From positions 1 through 38,153 of IMG/VR virus record IMGVR_UViG_3300025296_000050: a stretch of DNA of 38,153 nucleotides. One strand, given 5' to 3'. This document shows, piece after piece, positions 8,275-17,010 of this stretch. Origin of the DNA: a virus. Its lineage: Duplodnaviria > Caudoviricetes. Each line of letters opens with the position of its first letter. Within the stretch, counting starts at the first letter, position 1. The translations under genes and the position numbers were made by a program. The notes beneath the pieces were generated by a model, which was not told the DNA's origin, searched no databases, and was given only the letters and a program-made list of their open reading frames with translations.

Positions 8275-9213
8275 TTACGACGTGGTGAGGTCGGCGATGA
8301 ACCCGTGCGCGGCCTCGTTGCGGACTTCCATGGTGTATTCGACGAGCAACTGGACCCGCTCGCTGTCGCCGGTTTTCGCCAATTCCCAGTAGCGGAATTC
8401 GCGGAGGTAGGCCACGGCCAGCAACTCGGTTTCGACCAGGAAGCAATCACGCGCCCGCATGAAACGGTCGGGAATCACCTCCATGGTGCCGAAGTCGGAA
8501 TCGTAGAGGTCGATGGCGGCCTGCAAACGGCGGTCGTCGCTGTCCTTGTACCGCGTTGCGTTGCCGGTGAACGTGGACATCACTTGCTTGTTGAACGAGC
8601 CTAGGTAGACCGTATCCGGGTCGCCGCCGGCGTCCCAACAATTCTTGATCTGGGCTTGCAACAGGGTTTCCGAGAACGCCCGTTGGGTCCCGTTGGTCGC
8701 CGCCGTTGTGCCGGTGGCGCCGGCCGAACCGCCCGTCCCGCCGCTATAGTTGGTGGCGATCCACGTCGGCATCCCGCCAAGTTCCCGCGCCGTGCCGGAC
8801 GAACCCGTGACGATGATATTGTTAAGCCACAGGTCGTTTTCCATATCGCGCTTGAGCTCCTTGGCGCGGATGGCGATCTGGTAGGAAAGCTCGTCCCGCC
8901 GGCCCGCCTTCGCCACGGACTGGACGGTCCCGGACACACGCGGCACCTTGTCCGAAATCTGGGTTGTGTTCGACAACCGTGTGGTCGCCGTCGCGGCGTC
9001 CGTGGTGGCGTCGTCGCCTTCCGCCACGATGTTCTGGGTCGCGCCGGACAGGGTGTCGGTCTGCCATTCGTGGGTGATGAACGTCGCGTCCACGCGCGGG
9101 ATGCTGTTGAGCAACGGCGTGTCCGTCGGGGCGATGTTGTAGATATCGTCCGCGAGGTCTTCACGTTCGCCGATTGCGGCGTACGTCTCAAATGTGTTTG
9201 TGGGAACGCCCAT
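8275..9213 (-). CDS. Major capsid protein (DUF5309/SU10-like, HK97 fold)
   Basis: 312 aa; REDLADDIYNIAPTDTP, HEWQTD, KELKRDME, YDSDFG, LAKTGD motifs; SD AAGGAG. Confidence 0.92.
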   Translation of the reverse strand: MGVPTNTFETYAAIGEREDLADDIYNIAPTDTPLLNSIPRVDATFITHEWQTDTLSGATQNIVAEGDDATTDAATATTRLSNTTQISDKVPRVSGTVQSVAKAGRRDELSYQIAIRAKELKRDMENDLWLNNIIVTGSSGTARELGGMPTWIATNYSGGTGGSAGATGTTAATNGTQRAFSETLLQAQIKNCWDAGGDPDTVYLGSFNKQVMSTFTGNATRYKDSDDRRLQAAIDLYDSDFGTMEVIPDRFMRARDCFLVETELLAVAYLREFRYWELAKTGDSERVQLLVEYTMEVRNEAAHGFIADLTTS

Positions 9214-9234
9214 GGGAAGTCACTCCTTTGTGGG

Positions 9235-10380
9235 TCATTGCATTCGGGCTCTCAACACAGCGGCGAGACTTTCCACCGAACCCGTCTTCGAATGGGCGGC
9301 TCGGGCCTTTCGCACCTTGCCCTCGTTGGCGGTCACGGGCCTTTCGGCGGCCCCCGCCCGTACCGACTTGGGCTTCGTTCGCACTTCCTTGACTCGCTTG
9401 TCCCGGTTCTCGACCAACTTCCGGTACTTCATGGCGTCACGGGCCGCGAGAATGGCGCCGGAGCGATATTCGGCGTCGATACTCTCACGCGGTAAACCGT
9501 AGGTCTTAGCCGCGAAGTCCTTGATCTCGGCAATTTCCTTCTTGCCTATGGCCGGGTCTTTGCCCCACGCCGGGACGGCCTGGATAAGTTCCAACGCGTT
9601 GCGTTCGATATCCTGGCTTAGTTCCGCCTGTCGGGTTTGCGCGTGGCGCTCCCCGATGCGCTGTTGTTCGGCCGCCGCCGCCGCAAGTCTTTCCTTGCGT
9701 TGATCGACGTAGGCTTTTTGGCGGTGGTATTCGGTCGGGTCCTCGGCAAGAAGCTGTTGGAGATAGGCATCTTCGGCCCTCACCATTTCGCCAAGTTCCG
9801 CGACCAACGGTTCAAGGTTTTGTGCGTAGTGCTGTCGTTCGGCTTGCACGGCCGCCCGTTCTTGATGGGCCGCCTTGCCTTGTTCGGAAAGTTCCGCCGT
9901 TTTCTGCCGATAATCCTCCAACCGCTGATTGCCGTCCCGCGCCTCGCGGATGGTTATCGCCTCGTCCTTGCCGTTGACTTGCCGGGTAATCGTCATGTCC
10001 AGCAAGTTGTCAAGCGTGATGCCGGCCTTGGTGGCTAGGGCATCGAAGGTGGTCGGCGGTCCATCGTCTGGCGCGGTTGCGGTTGCGGGGTCGTCGGCGG
10101 CCGGCGCGTCGTCGAAATCCGCGTCCGTAAACTCGGGCTCGGGTTCCTTGGCCGGCGTCTGTGTCGGGTCCGGTGCAACGGCCTTGCCGGCAGGCTTGTC
10201 GCCTTCCGGCTTGGCAGGAGCGCGATTGTCCGACTCAGGTTCGTCGCCAGGGCCGATTGTCGGGGGCGTTCCCCGGTCCGGCGCAATCTTGGCGGCGATA
10301 GCCTTGGCGGCTGCTTCGATGCCATGCGGTCCCGGTCCCGCCACGGGTACGGTCGGGTTATCGGGCATCGTGTCAGCCAT
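9235..10380 (-). CDS. Capsid scaffolding protein
   Basis: 381 aa; acidic/Pro-rich N-terminus, DYRQKT motif, coiled coil; directly upstream of the MCP. Confidence 0.8.
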   Translation of the reverse strand: MADTMPDNPTVPVAGPGPHGIEAAAKAIAAKIAPDRGTPPTIGPGDEPESDNRAPAKPEGDKPAGKAVAPDPTQTPAKEPEPEFTDADFDDAPAADDPATATAPDDGPPTTFDALATKAGITLDNLLDMTITRQVNGKDEAITIREARDGNQRLEDYRQKTAELSEQGKAAHQERAAVQAERQHYAQNLEPLVAELGEMVRAEDAYLQQLLAEDPTEYHRQKAYVDQRKERLAAAAAEQQRIGERHAQTRQAELSQDIERNALELIQAVPAWGKDPAIGKKEIAEIKDFAAKTYGLPRESIDAEYRSGAILAARDAMKYRKLVENRDKRVKEVRTKPKSVRAGAAERPVTANEGKVRKARAAHSKTGSVESLAAVLRARMQ

Positions 10381-10708
10381 TCAAGTTCTTTCTTTTTTCC
10401 GTGATTTGTTCAATCGCCAAGCGGGCGGTTTCGGCGCCCTGGGTATACGTCTTGAAAGCCCGGCGAATGACCTTCAACACCCGGATCGTGACGTGTAAGC
10501 GGTCCCGGTCTACCGGGTTATCGCAATTTTCCCACGTCGCGACGGTTTGTTTTTCCAGGTCATCCATAACCTGGTTGAAAAACGGATCGTCCAGAATTCC
10601 CTTCGCCGCCTCGGCGACCCGCAAGTGATCGCGGTTCGCCTGTTCGATATCGCGCAGCGACTTATCGTTGGTGACGTGCGCGATGTCCTGGGCGGTCGTC
10701 GGGATCAT
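10373..10708 (-). CDS. Conserved small head-module protein
   Basis: 111 aa, helical; between portal and scaffold. Confidence 0.65.
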   Translation of the reverse strand: MIPTTAQDIAHVTNDKSLRDIEQANRDHLRVAEAAKGILDDPFFNQVMDDLEKQTVATWENCDNPVDRDRLHVTIRVLKVIRRAFKTYTQGAETARLAIEQITEKRKNLNG

Positions 10709-10711
10709 GGC

Positions 10712-10972
10712 TTAGTAACCGCTTTTCATCCGTTTCTTGAAATTCGGGGTCTTGCTACCGCGCGGACAACCGCCCGCCGGTAATCGGGTTTCCCGGACGC
10801 GGGCATTGGACCCGTATTCGGGGCTTCGCAGACCGGTTCCGCCGGCCGTGGCCGTGCCGTAATCGCCGGCTAGCGAACGCCCGCCGCCGCCGGATGACTT
10901 GGCGGCCTTGGCGACTTTTCCCCCGCCTCGTGGCGAGGAATTGGCGTTCTTGTACTTCATACCCTTTGGCAT
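10712..10972 (-). CDS. Small basic Gly/Lys-rich protein
   Basis: 86 aa from ATG 10972 (MPKGMKYK...), SD AAGGAG upstream. Confidence 0.6.
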   Translation of the reverse strand: MPKGMKYKNANSSPRGGGKVAKAAKSSGGGGRSLAGDYGTATAGGTGLRSPEYGSNARVRETRLPAGGCPRGSKTPNFKKRMKSGY

Positions 10973-11024
10973 GGTGGTTTCTCCTTCCGCTTGGTTTACG
11001 GTCTTTCGTGAGATATCGCCGGCA

Positions 11025-11053
11025 AGGTTGCTTACGTTTTTCGGAAACGTCAA
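11025..11053 (-). promoter_or_regulatory. Putative late promoter for the scaffold/capsid genes
   Basis: TTGACG-17 nt-CAACCT; shares AAAACGTAAGCAACCTT exactly with the 13.9 kb site. Confidence 0.6.
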
Positions 11054-11063
11054 GCGGCGCGGG

Positions 11064-13340
11064 CTAATGTTCGTGTTCGTGCTCCTGTTTCGCCAGCGCA
11101 ATCGCCATGTCGGTTTCCTCCTTGCGCTTGGCAAGGTCGATATCGGCGGCCGTCTTGCCGGCGTCGATGGCGAGGCGTTGCTCGGCAAGTTCGCGTTCCA
11201 TCGCTATGCGGGCGGCCATTTCGTCGCGTTTCATGCCGATTTCGGCCTGCATCCTTTCCATATCGCGTTGGTGTTCCAACTGCATCTTCTCGGTTTCCAG
11301 TTGGGCCTTTTGCGCCGCCTCCGCCTGCTTGATCTGGGCGTTCTGTTGGACCTCCGCTTGCTTCATTTGCAACTCGGCCTTCTTCGCCTCCAAATCGCCT
11401 TGAATCTTCATCATCGCCGGGTCGGGCTGCGGTTGCTTCTGCGGCAACTGCGTCCCTTCCTTGACGCGGGCGAAATACGGCTCCGCGCTGCGGAAGCCGA
11501 ACCCTTCCACCACCGCTTCCAATCCGTTGCTGACATGGTGCGGCATCACGAACGGGCCTTCGATACCTTGTTGCAATTCGACGATCCCGCGTTGCAACTG
11601 GATGATCGCGTTGGCCCCTTCCTGGCGCGATTCCGGCGTCCCGTAGCCCAGCCCGACGTTGACGATCAGGTCCATGTCCGCGTTCCATTCGCGGGGGTCG
11701 AAATCGACCCATTCCTTGCCGCGAAGGCGGACGGCTCGCGCCTCGTCCTGGTGTTCGATGACCTCCGCCAGCGTCTTTTTGAACAGGTCCTTGACGCCGC
11801 TCTCGGCGAACAGGCGGGCGACCAGTTGGATGCGCCGTTGCGTCCGCGCCATGATCCGGGAAATCCCGGTGGCCGTCTTGTTGAGCGAATCGGCGTCAAG
11901 CCCTTGGCTGTATCGCGTCACGCCGGTTCGCGTTTCGCGCTGCGTCTGGACGTGTTCAATCAGCGGCAACGCCATCGGCCCAATGGGCTGCGTCACCAGG
12001 GGCATCACCGCGTCGCCGACCGGGGCGCTACCTTCCGCGAGAACCGTCCCGCCGATGATGTTGGACAACATATCGTCCATGTCGATGCGTTCGTTGATGA
12101 CCGTCCGCGCGTTGTTCAATTGGTACATGTTGTCGAGAACCTGGCGCCAGATTATCGTATTGATTAGCTGCAAATCGGCGACGAGTTCGGCGAAGGCGCG
12201 GCCAAAGAACTTGTGCGGTTCGCGGATCGGCGTGACCGAACAAAACGGATTGCGCGCGACTTCTTCGTTGTACAAGATAGTGTATTCGCCGCCGGCGACG
12301 ATAATTTTCCGGTATTCGGCCAGCCCGTCGCCGTCGAAATCCACGTTGAGGTAGCATTCGATAACCCAAATCGGGCGCGTCGTCGCGTCCGGGCTGTCGT
12401 CTTCGTAAGGGTATTCGTCGTCCCGACTGAACCGCGATACCCGTTCCGAATTGAACTCCGATTCGTCGAACGACGGGATTGACCGGACGAGTTCCGGATC
12501 GAACCCTTCCTCGATCAACTGGCTTTCAGTCTTGCGGACCTTGTGGCCGATGAAGTTGTTATCGTCCGTGGTCTTTGACCTCCGGGCGATTATCAGTTCT
12601 TCGGGCGGGATCGGTTCGACGACGACACGGCCCTTGTTCATGGCGCGAACGCACTCAACGTTGAACACACGGACGGTCGGCCGAATTTCCTCCGGGACGT
12701 TGGCCTCGACGAACGCCTCGATATCCCCGATCTTCTGCCCTTCAAGGTCGATCCCAAGTTCGTCGGCAACGCGCGTCAAATCGTCCGACACGCCTTCGTC
12801 TTGGGAAACGACTTCAACCTCGTCGTCTTCGACCAGTAAGGCCAGGTCGTCGGCCGACAAGTTTGAATAGCGGTAGGTTTTCCGTTCCTCGCGGTCGGAC
12901 CAATAGACCTTGACGAAGCCGTTGATTTGAACCAGCGCGTCCTTGAACCAATCGTAAAGGATTGTCCAGCCGGGGTTGTCGCGCATCACGATGAAGTTGA
13001 TGTAGTCGGTCGCCTGTTCGCTAAACTTTTCGTCGCCGCGTTCTTGCGGAACGAACTCGACGACCTTATCGCCGGCCGTGAATACCTCCATCAAATCGGG
13101 CATCATGGCTTCGATGGTGTCGAACATATCCGACGTGACGACTTGGGACCGGCCTTCGACCTCGATATTGTACGGTTCCGACCGATACTGTTCGAGCAGC
13201 TTCCGCCTATCGGACGTAATTTCGCCGCCGACGTGCCCTATCGCGGCGTCCACCTGGCGTTGCAGGATATTCTTGAGTTCGTCGTCCGTAAGCGGCCGGT
13301 TGACGCGCCCATGGTTGCCCGCGTTGTCCCGGTAGGCCAT
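11064..13340 (-). CDS. Portal protein (P22-like, C-terminal coiled-coil barrel)
   Basis: 758 aa; GRSQVV, DALVQINGFVKVYW, PHKFFG, RTGVTRYSQG, TATG motifs. Confidence 0.92.
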   Translation of the reverse strand: MAYRDNAGNHGRVNRPLTDDELKNILQRQVDAAIGHVGGEITSDRRKLLEQYRSEPYNIEVEGRSQVVTSDMFDTIEAMMPDLMEVFTAGDKVVEFVPQERGDEKFSEQATDYINFIVMRDNPGWTILYDWFKDALVQINGFVKVYWSDREERKTYRYSNLSADDLALLVEDDEVEVVSQDEGVSDDLTRVADELGIDLEGQKIGDIEAFVEANVPEEIRPTVRVFNVECVRAMNKGRVVVEPIPPEELIIARRSKTTDDNNFIGHKVRKTESQLIEEGFDPELVRSIPSFDESEFNSERVSRFSRDDEYPYEDDSPDATTRPIWVIECYLNVDFDGDGLAEYRKIIVAGGEYTILYNEEVARNPFCSVTPIREPHKFFGRAFAELVADLQLINTIIWRQVLDNMYQLNNARTVINERIDMDDMLSNIIGGTVLAEGSAPVGDAVMPLVTQPIGPMALPLIEHVQTQRETRTGVTRYSQGLDADSLNKTATGISRIMARTQRRIQLVARLFAESGVKDLFKKTLAEVIEHQDEARAVRLRGKEWVDFDPREWNADMDLIVNVGLGYGTPESRQEGANAIIQLQRGIVELQQGIEGPFVMPHHVSNGLEAVVEGFGFRSAEPYFARVKEGTQLPQKQPQPDPAMMKIQGDLEAKKAELQMKQAEVQQNAQIKQAEAAQKAQLETEKMQLEHQRDMERMQAEIGMKRDEMAARIAMERELAEQRLAIDAGKTAADIDLAKRKEETDMAIALAKQEHEHEH

Positions 13341-13562
13341 TTAGGCGGACTCGCTATTCCCCGCCGTCGCCGTCATATCCGGGTCCGTGGTTTCCGCCTT
13401 GCGCGGGCGGCCGGGCTTCTTCGCGGACGGTCCCAAGATGGTTGTTTCCATGACCGCTATCCGGGCGTCCAATTCGAGAACGGCGTCTTTCACCAACCGC
13501 TTTTGGGCGTCCCCCAACCACCCTATCCGCAATCTTTCGACGGCGGTTTTGTCGGCGGTCAT
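13341..13562 (-). CDS. Hypothetical protein with AT-hook-like GRPRK motif
   Basis: 73 aa; coupled to neighbours. Confidence 0.55.
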   Translation of the reverse strand: MTADKTAVERLRIGWLGDAQKRLVKDAVLELDARIAVMETTILGPSAKKPGRPRKAETTDPDMTATAGNSESA

Positions 13563-13849
13563 GCCGCTTTGGCCTTCTTCGCCTTCGCCTTGGGCGCGGC
13601 CGGGGCCTTCGCCTCGACGGCGTGTTCGCCGGCGGACGATAAGTCGCTCCCCGTGCCCTTGGGTTGGCTGAAATCCGGTTCGGCGCCGCCGATATCCAGG
13701 ACCATCGCGCCGCCTTCGTTGTAGATCGCCGCCATGGCGCCGGCCGCGACCGGCTTGCCGGCAACGCGAACGTCCAACGGGGTCGCCGGGTTGCGCGACC
13801 GGATTTCGAGGGTCAACGCCGCCATGTCTTGCAACGGAATCATCGCCAT
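13559..13849 (-). CDS. Hypothetical protein with Lys/Ala-rich C-terminus
   Basis: 96 aa; ATGA overlap with the next gene. Confidence 0.55.
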   Translation of the reverse strand: MAMIPLQDMAALTLEIRSRNPATPLDVRVAGKPVAAGAMAAIYNEGGAMVLDIGGAEPDFSQPKGTGSDLSSAGEHAVEAKAPAAPKAKAKKAKAA

Positions 13850-13891
13850 GGGAAAAGCCTTTCGGACAAGTCGCGGGAATTCGTCGGCGAA

Positions 13892-13920
13892 AGGTTGCTT
13901 ACGTTTTGGCCGCTTTGCAA
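13892..13920 (-). promoter_or_regulatory. Putative late promoter for the portal genes
   Basis: TTGCAA-17 nt-CAACCT; 17-bp identity with the 11.0 kb site. Confidence 0.6.
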
Positions 13921-14291
13921 GGGCGGTAATAGCACACCGCGTGATGGGCCGCGCAATACGGCCCGCCGTTGGCCGTCGGCGCCCCGCAATATTCGCCCGA
14001 CGTTTCGTCTATCCCCCATAACGGATACCGACAGTTGGCCGGGCGCGTCCCCGCCCCAGCCGACAGCCGTATACCGCCGGCGCGGTATTCCGCCTTGCCG
14101 TCCGGCCGGGCGCGCAATATCCCGATAACCGGGTCCGTTGCCTTGCTATACGGCGGCAAGCGCATGGCGGCGCGGGTATTGGACGCGTGGTTGTAGGAAA
14201 TCCCGCACAGCTGGGCAACGTACCGCACGGAATGGCCGGCCTTGAACAGACTGAACATGTATTGTTGCTGGCCCTGATAACGCCCGCTCAT
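13899..14291 (-). CDS. gcrA: GcrA-family transcriptional regulator
   Basis: N-terminal HTH-like helix (GHSVRYVAQLCGIS) and C-terminal CRYP..G....YCG......PYCAAH...Y motif. Confidence 0.75.
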   Translation of the reverse strand: MSGRYQGQQQYMFSLFKAGHSVRYVAQLCGISYNHASNTRAAMRLPPYSKATDPVIGILRARPDGKAEYRAGGIRLSAGAGTRPANCRYPLWGIDETSGEYCGAPTANGGPYCAAHHAVCYYRPCKAAKT

Positions 14292-15631
14292 ACAATCCCC
14301 CGCGCCGGGTGACTTTCCGGCAAATCGTCAATCCGGCGCGGCGGGCGCTTCCCCTTCCGTGGCGGCCGGTAGAGCGCGCCCGTCCGTATCGCGTCGGCCC
14401 CGTGGGACGCCCAATCGTGCATCGGCCGATCTTGGAACGCGCGCTTTTTCTCGTCCCATTCCCGGCGGTACGCCCGCAACGCCTCAATGCCTTCCTTGCA
14501 AGCCGTCTTGTCGAACCATCCCATAGGCAACAGCCGGCGGACGGCGTGTATCCCTTCGTCAACGGCCTCGCGCGGCATCACGCGAATGGGAAACCCCAGC
14601 CCCTTCATCGTATCCGCCCGCGATTGCCCGGTGGATAAATCCCGCGCAGCGCCGTCATGGGGCCAGACATGTTCGCCCCAAACCCAATCGCCGGCCGCCG
14701 CCTTTTCCTGCAACATCCGGGCATAGTGCGGCAAGCCGTGACCGTGGGATTCGTAATAGTCGATGAACTGGTATTGCACCCCGACCCGTTGAACAAACCA
14801 TATCGCCGTCGAATCCCCGACGCCCAGGTCCCACCATGTTTCGACGTTGGCGTTCGGGTCATGCGGTACGTCCGTCAGGCGCCCGTCCCGTTCGGCGTCG
14901 GCGAGCATACGGCCATAATAGGACCCGACCATGGCGACGTTGAAGTCGCAATAGTATTCCTGCAAGAACCGGCTTTCGCCGTCATCCGGGCCGAATTCGC
15001 GGAGGTATTCCGTCCGTTCAACGCGCAACTGTTCCGCCGTGAATACGTCCGTCTCGTCGGCCGTCAACCGTTCGGTGAACCAGTGTTCGTCGTCAAGGGT
15101 CGTCTCGTAAAACGTCGCCCCGTGGTTCCGCCCGCGCGGCGTGTAGATGAACACGGCCCAACCGTCATTCTCCGCCAGGATCGGGCGGAGGTATGCCCAG
15201 GCTTGCGGGTCCGCCAATGCCCATTCCGAGAACACGATACCGATGGGCGGCGACCCGACAAGGGAATCGTAGTTGTCCGACCCGATCACTTGCCACGTCG
15301 AACCGTTGGTAAACCGGATCAACATCTCCTGGTCCCGCGTCACCGACCGCAAGGCCGGCGGGAATGCCTCGTCAATCCGGCGCAACCCGGTTTTCGGGTT
15401 TACCGCGTCCCAAATCGCCTTGCGCGCTTGCTTGCCGATTGGGAGCATATGCCAGTAGTTCCCGACACGCTGTTGCGCCGCCACCGCCGTCCAGTGAAGG
15501 ATCACGTCATCCTTGCCGGCGCGTCGGTGCCATACGCCGACGGCCCGCTTCCCGCCGCGTTCCAAGTAGTTCCACAGCGCGAGTTGGTACGGCCGGGGAT
15601 TCCAGTTATTCGGGAGCCTTAGTTTCGGCAT
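14288..15631 (-). CDS. terL: Terminase large subunit
   Basis: PRPYQ, Walker A HRRAGKD, IVFSEWA, TPRG, WDLGVGD, HDWASHGADA; start placed at ATG 15631. Confidence 0.95.
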   Translation of the reverse strand: MPKLRLPNNWNPRPYQLALWNYLERGGKRAVGVWHRRAGKDDVILHWTAVAAQQRVGNYWHMLPIGKQARKAIWDAVNPKTGLRRIDEAFPPALRSVTRDQEMLIRFTNGSTWQVIGSDNYDSLVGSPPIGIVFSEWALADPQAWAYLRPILAENDGWAVFIYTPRGRNHGATFYETTLDDEHWFTERLTADETDVFTAEQLRVERTEYLREFGPDDGESRFLQEYYCDFNVAMVGSYYGRMLADAERDGRLTDVPHDPNANVETWWDLGVGDSTAIWFVQRVGVQYQFIDYYESHGHGLPHYARMLQEKAAAGDWVWGEHVWPHDGAARDLSTGQSRADTMKGLGFPIRVMPREAVDEGIHAVRRLLPMGWFDKTACKEGIEALRAYRREWDEKKRAFQDRPMHDWASHGADAIRTGALYRPPRKGKRPPRRIDDLPESHPARGIV

Positions 15632-16001
15632 ATTTGACGATAGTGAGTTCAATGGGGCCGTCAATTTCGGTGCGTGTCGGCGCGTCCGCCCCGACCTGTT
15701 TGGCGATATCGTTCAACGCCGCTAGGCGAACCCGGCTGGCGTCGGTATCGCCCGCCTCGCTCGCCTCGACGTGAGCCGCATTGATCGACACCCGTTCGCC
15801 GTAAAGGAACGCCCGCGCCTTCTTGATATCGGCGAACCCCCTTTTTGATCGTTCGTGATGAAGGACAATATTGGTCACGCGGCGGGCGGTGGCCTTGACC
15901 GCCTTAGCTATCGCCGCCGCGTTTTCGCCGGCTTCGTACCTGTCGATGATTTCGAGCCGCTGCGCCCGTTCCGACGAGCCGGGCGGTGTCCGTCCGGGCA
16001 T
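15606..16001 (-). CDS. Putative terminase small subunit (HTH)
   Basis: 131 aa from ATG 16001; HTH-like N-terminus; overlaps the terL start. Confidence 0.6.
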   Translation of the reverse strand: MPGRTPPGSSERAQRLEIIDRYEAGENAAAIAKAVKATARRVTNIVLHHERSKRGFADIKKARAFLYGERVSINAAHVEASEAGDTDASRVRLAALNDIAKQVGADAPTRTEIDGPIELTIVKYAETKAPE

Positions 16002-16663
16002 CAGCCCGGCTCCGCCGCCGTGACCGCCATCACAAGCGCGAATATCAGCCCGCGTATCCGGTTGTCGTCGCAAGCGCCCAGGTCCGGCGGCGCCGATGAC
16101 AGCCGCAACTGCGCCTGTTGGAACGACGTAAGGTCCGCCCCGCTTAACGGCTTGTACACTACCTTTTCGTCGTCGCCTTCGTTGCGCGACGCCGGTCCCA
16201 TTATCCGCCCCACGCGCACCGTTTCCGGCATCACGGGCTTGACCGTATCGGGCGTTACCGCTTCCCAGGTTTCGGCAATCCGCACGGCGATGTTGACGAT
16301 TTCCGCCAAGGCGACGTTGCGGCCTTCCGCCTTCACGGACAGCCATTGTCGGGCCATGTCCGGCGGCCCCATCTTCGGGTCAAGGCCCGCCAAGTCGCGG
16401 CCATGCCGGACGGGCGTGAATAGATCGTAAAACCCGCGCAGCGCGGCAATCTCGACACGGGCGTCGGCGGCGGATACGAACTCCGCAACCGGCGGGTTGT
16501 CGCCTTCCGGTTCGGCCGCCGGGCGCGTCGCCATGTTCTCCAACGTCTCGGCGTTGAGCATCAACAATTCCATAATCTCGCCGGGATTGTGCAGTTGCCC
16601 GTTGCCGTCAATCGTCGAGGCAAGGTCGAGGTTTTGCATCGCAAGGTCGGCCGGGTCAATCAT
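16001..16663 (-). CDS. Hypothetical protein
   Basis: 220 aa from ATG 16663; start/stop overlaps on both sides. Confidence 0.6.
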   Translation of the reverse strand: MIDPADLAMQNLDLASTIDGNGQLHNPGEIMELLMLNAETLENMATRPAAEPEGDNPPVAEFVSAADARVEIAALRGFYDLFTPVRHGRDLAGLDPKMGPPDMARQWLSVKAEGRNVALAEIVNIAVRIAETWEAVTPDTVKPVMPETVRVGRIMGPASRNEGDDEKVVYKPLSGADLTSFQQAQLRLSSAPPDLGACDDNRIRGLIFALVMAVTAAEPG

Positions 16664-16815
16664 GGGCGGGATAGGTCCCGGTTGACGCGCCGCCGTTCTG
16701 ACCAAGCCCAATAGGTCCGTCCTATATCGAAGGCCACCGCCGTTATGACCAGGATCCCGAACACCACGCCGGCGGCGATGCCGAAATACACTATCGCACC
16801 AAGAAGCCAGTTCAC
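16660..16815 (-). CDS. Small membrane protein (51 aa, not in the ORF track)
   Basis: GTG start after GGAGG; MNWLLGAIVYFGIAAGVVFGILVITAVAFDIG..; ATGA overlap. Confidence 0.55.
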   Translation of the reverse strand: MNWLLGAIVYFGIAAGVVFGILVITAVAFDIGRTYWAWSERRRVNRDLSRP

Positions 16816-16981
16816 CTACCGCGCCTCCGTCGCCTCGCGGCCTTGCCTTCCTTCGGCATTCAAATATCCGCCCGCTAGGGGCGCCGCTGTCGCGCCGGGA
16901 CAGGAAGGCCGTATGCGGACCGGGCCGCGCGGTCGCAGTAGGAAGGGACAGCGGTAAAACTCAGTGCAGGGCATTGGAAAA

Positions 16982-17010
16982 ACTTTCCGCCTATTCGTTC
17001 GATTTGTCAA
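16982..17010 (-). promoter_or_regulatory. Putative promoter upstream of the packaging genes
   Basis: TTGACA-17 nt-GAAAGT followed by about 165 nt of GC-rich leader. Confidence 0.45.
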
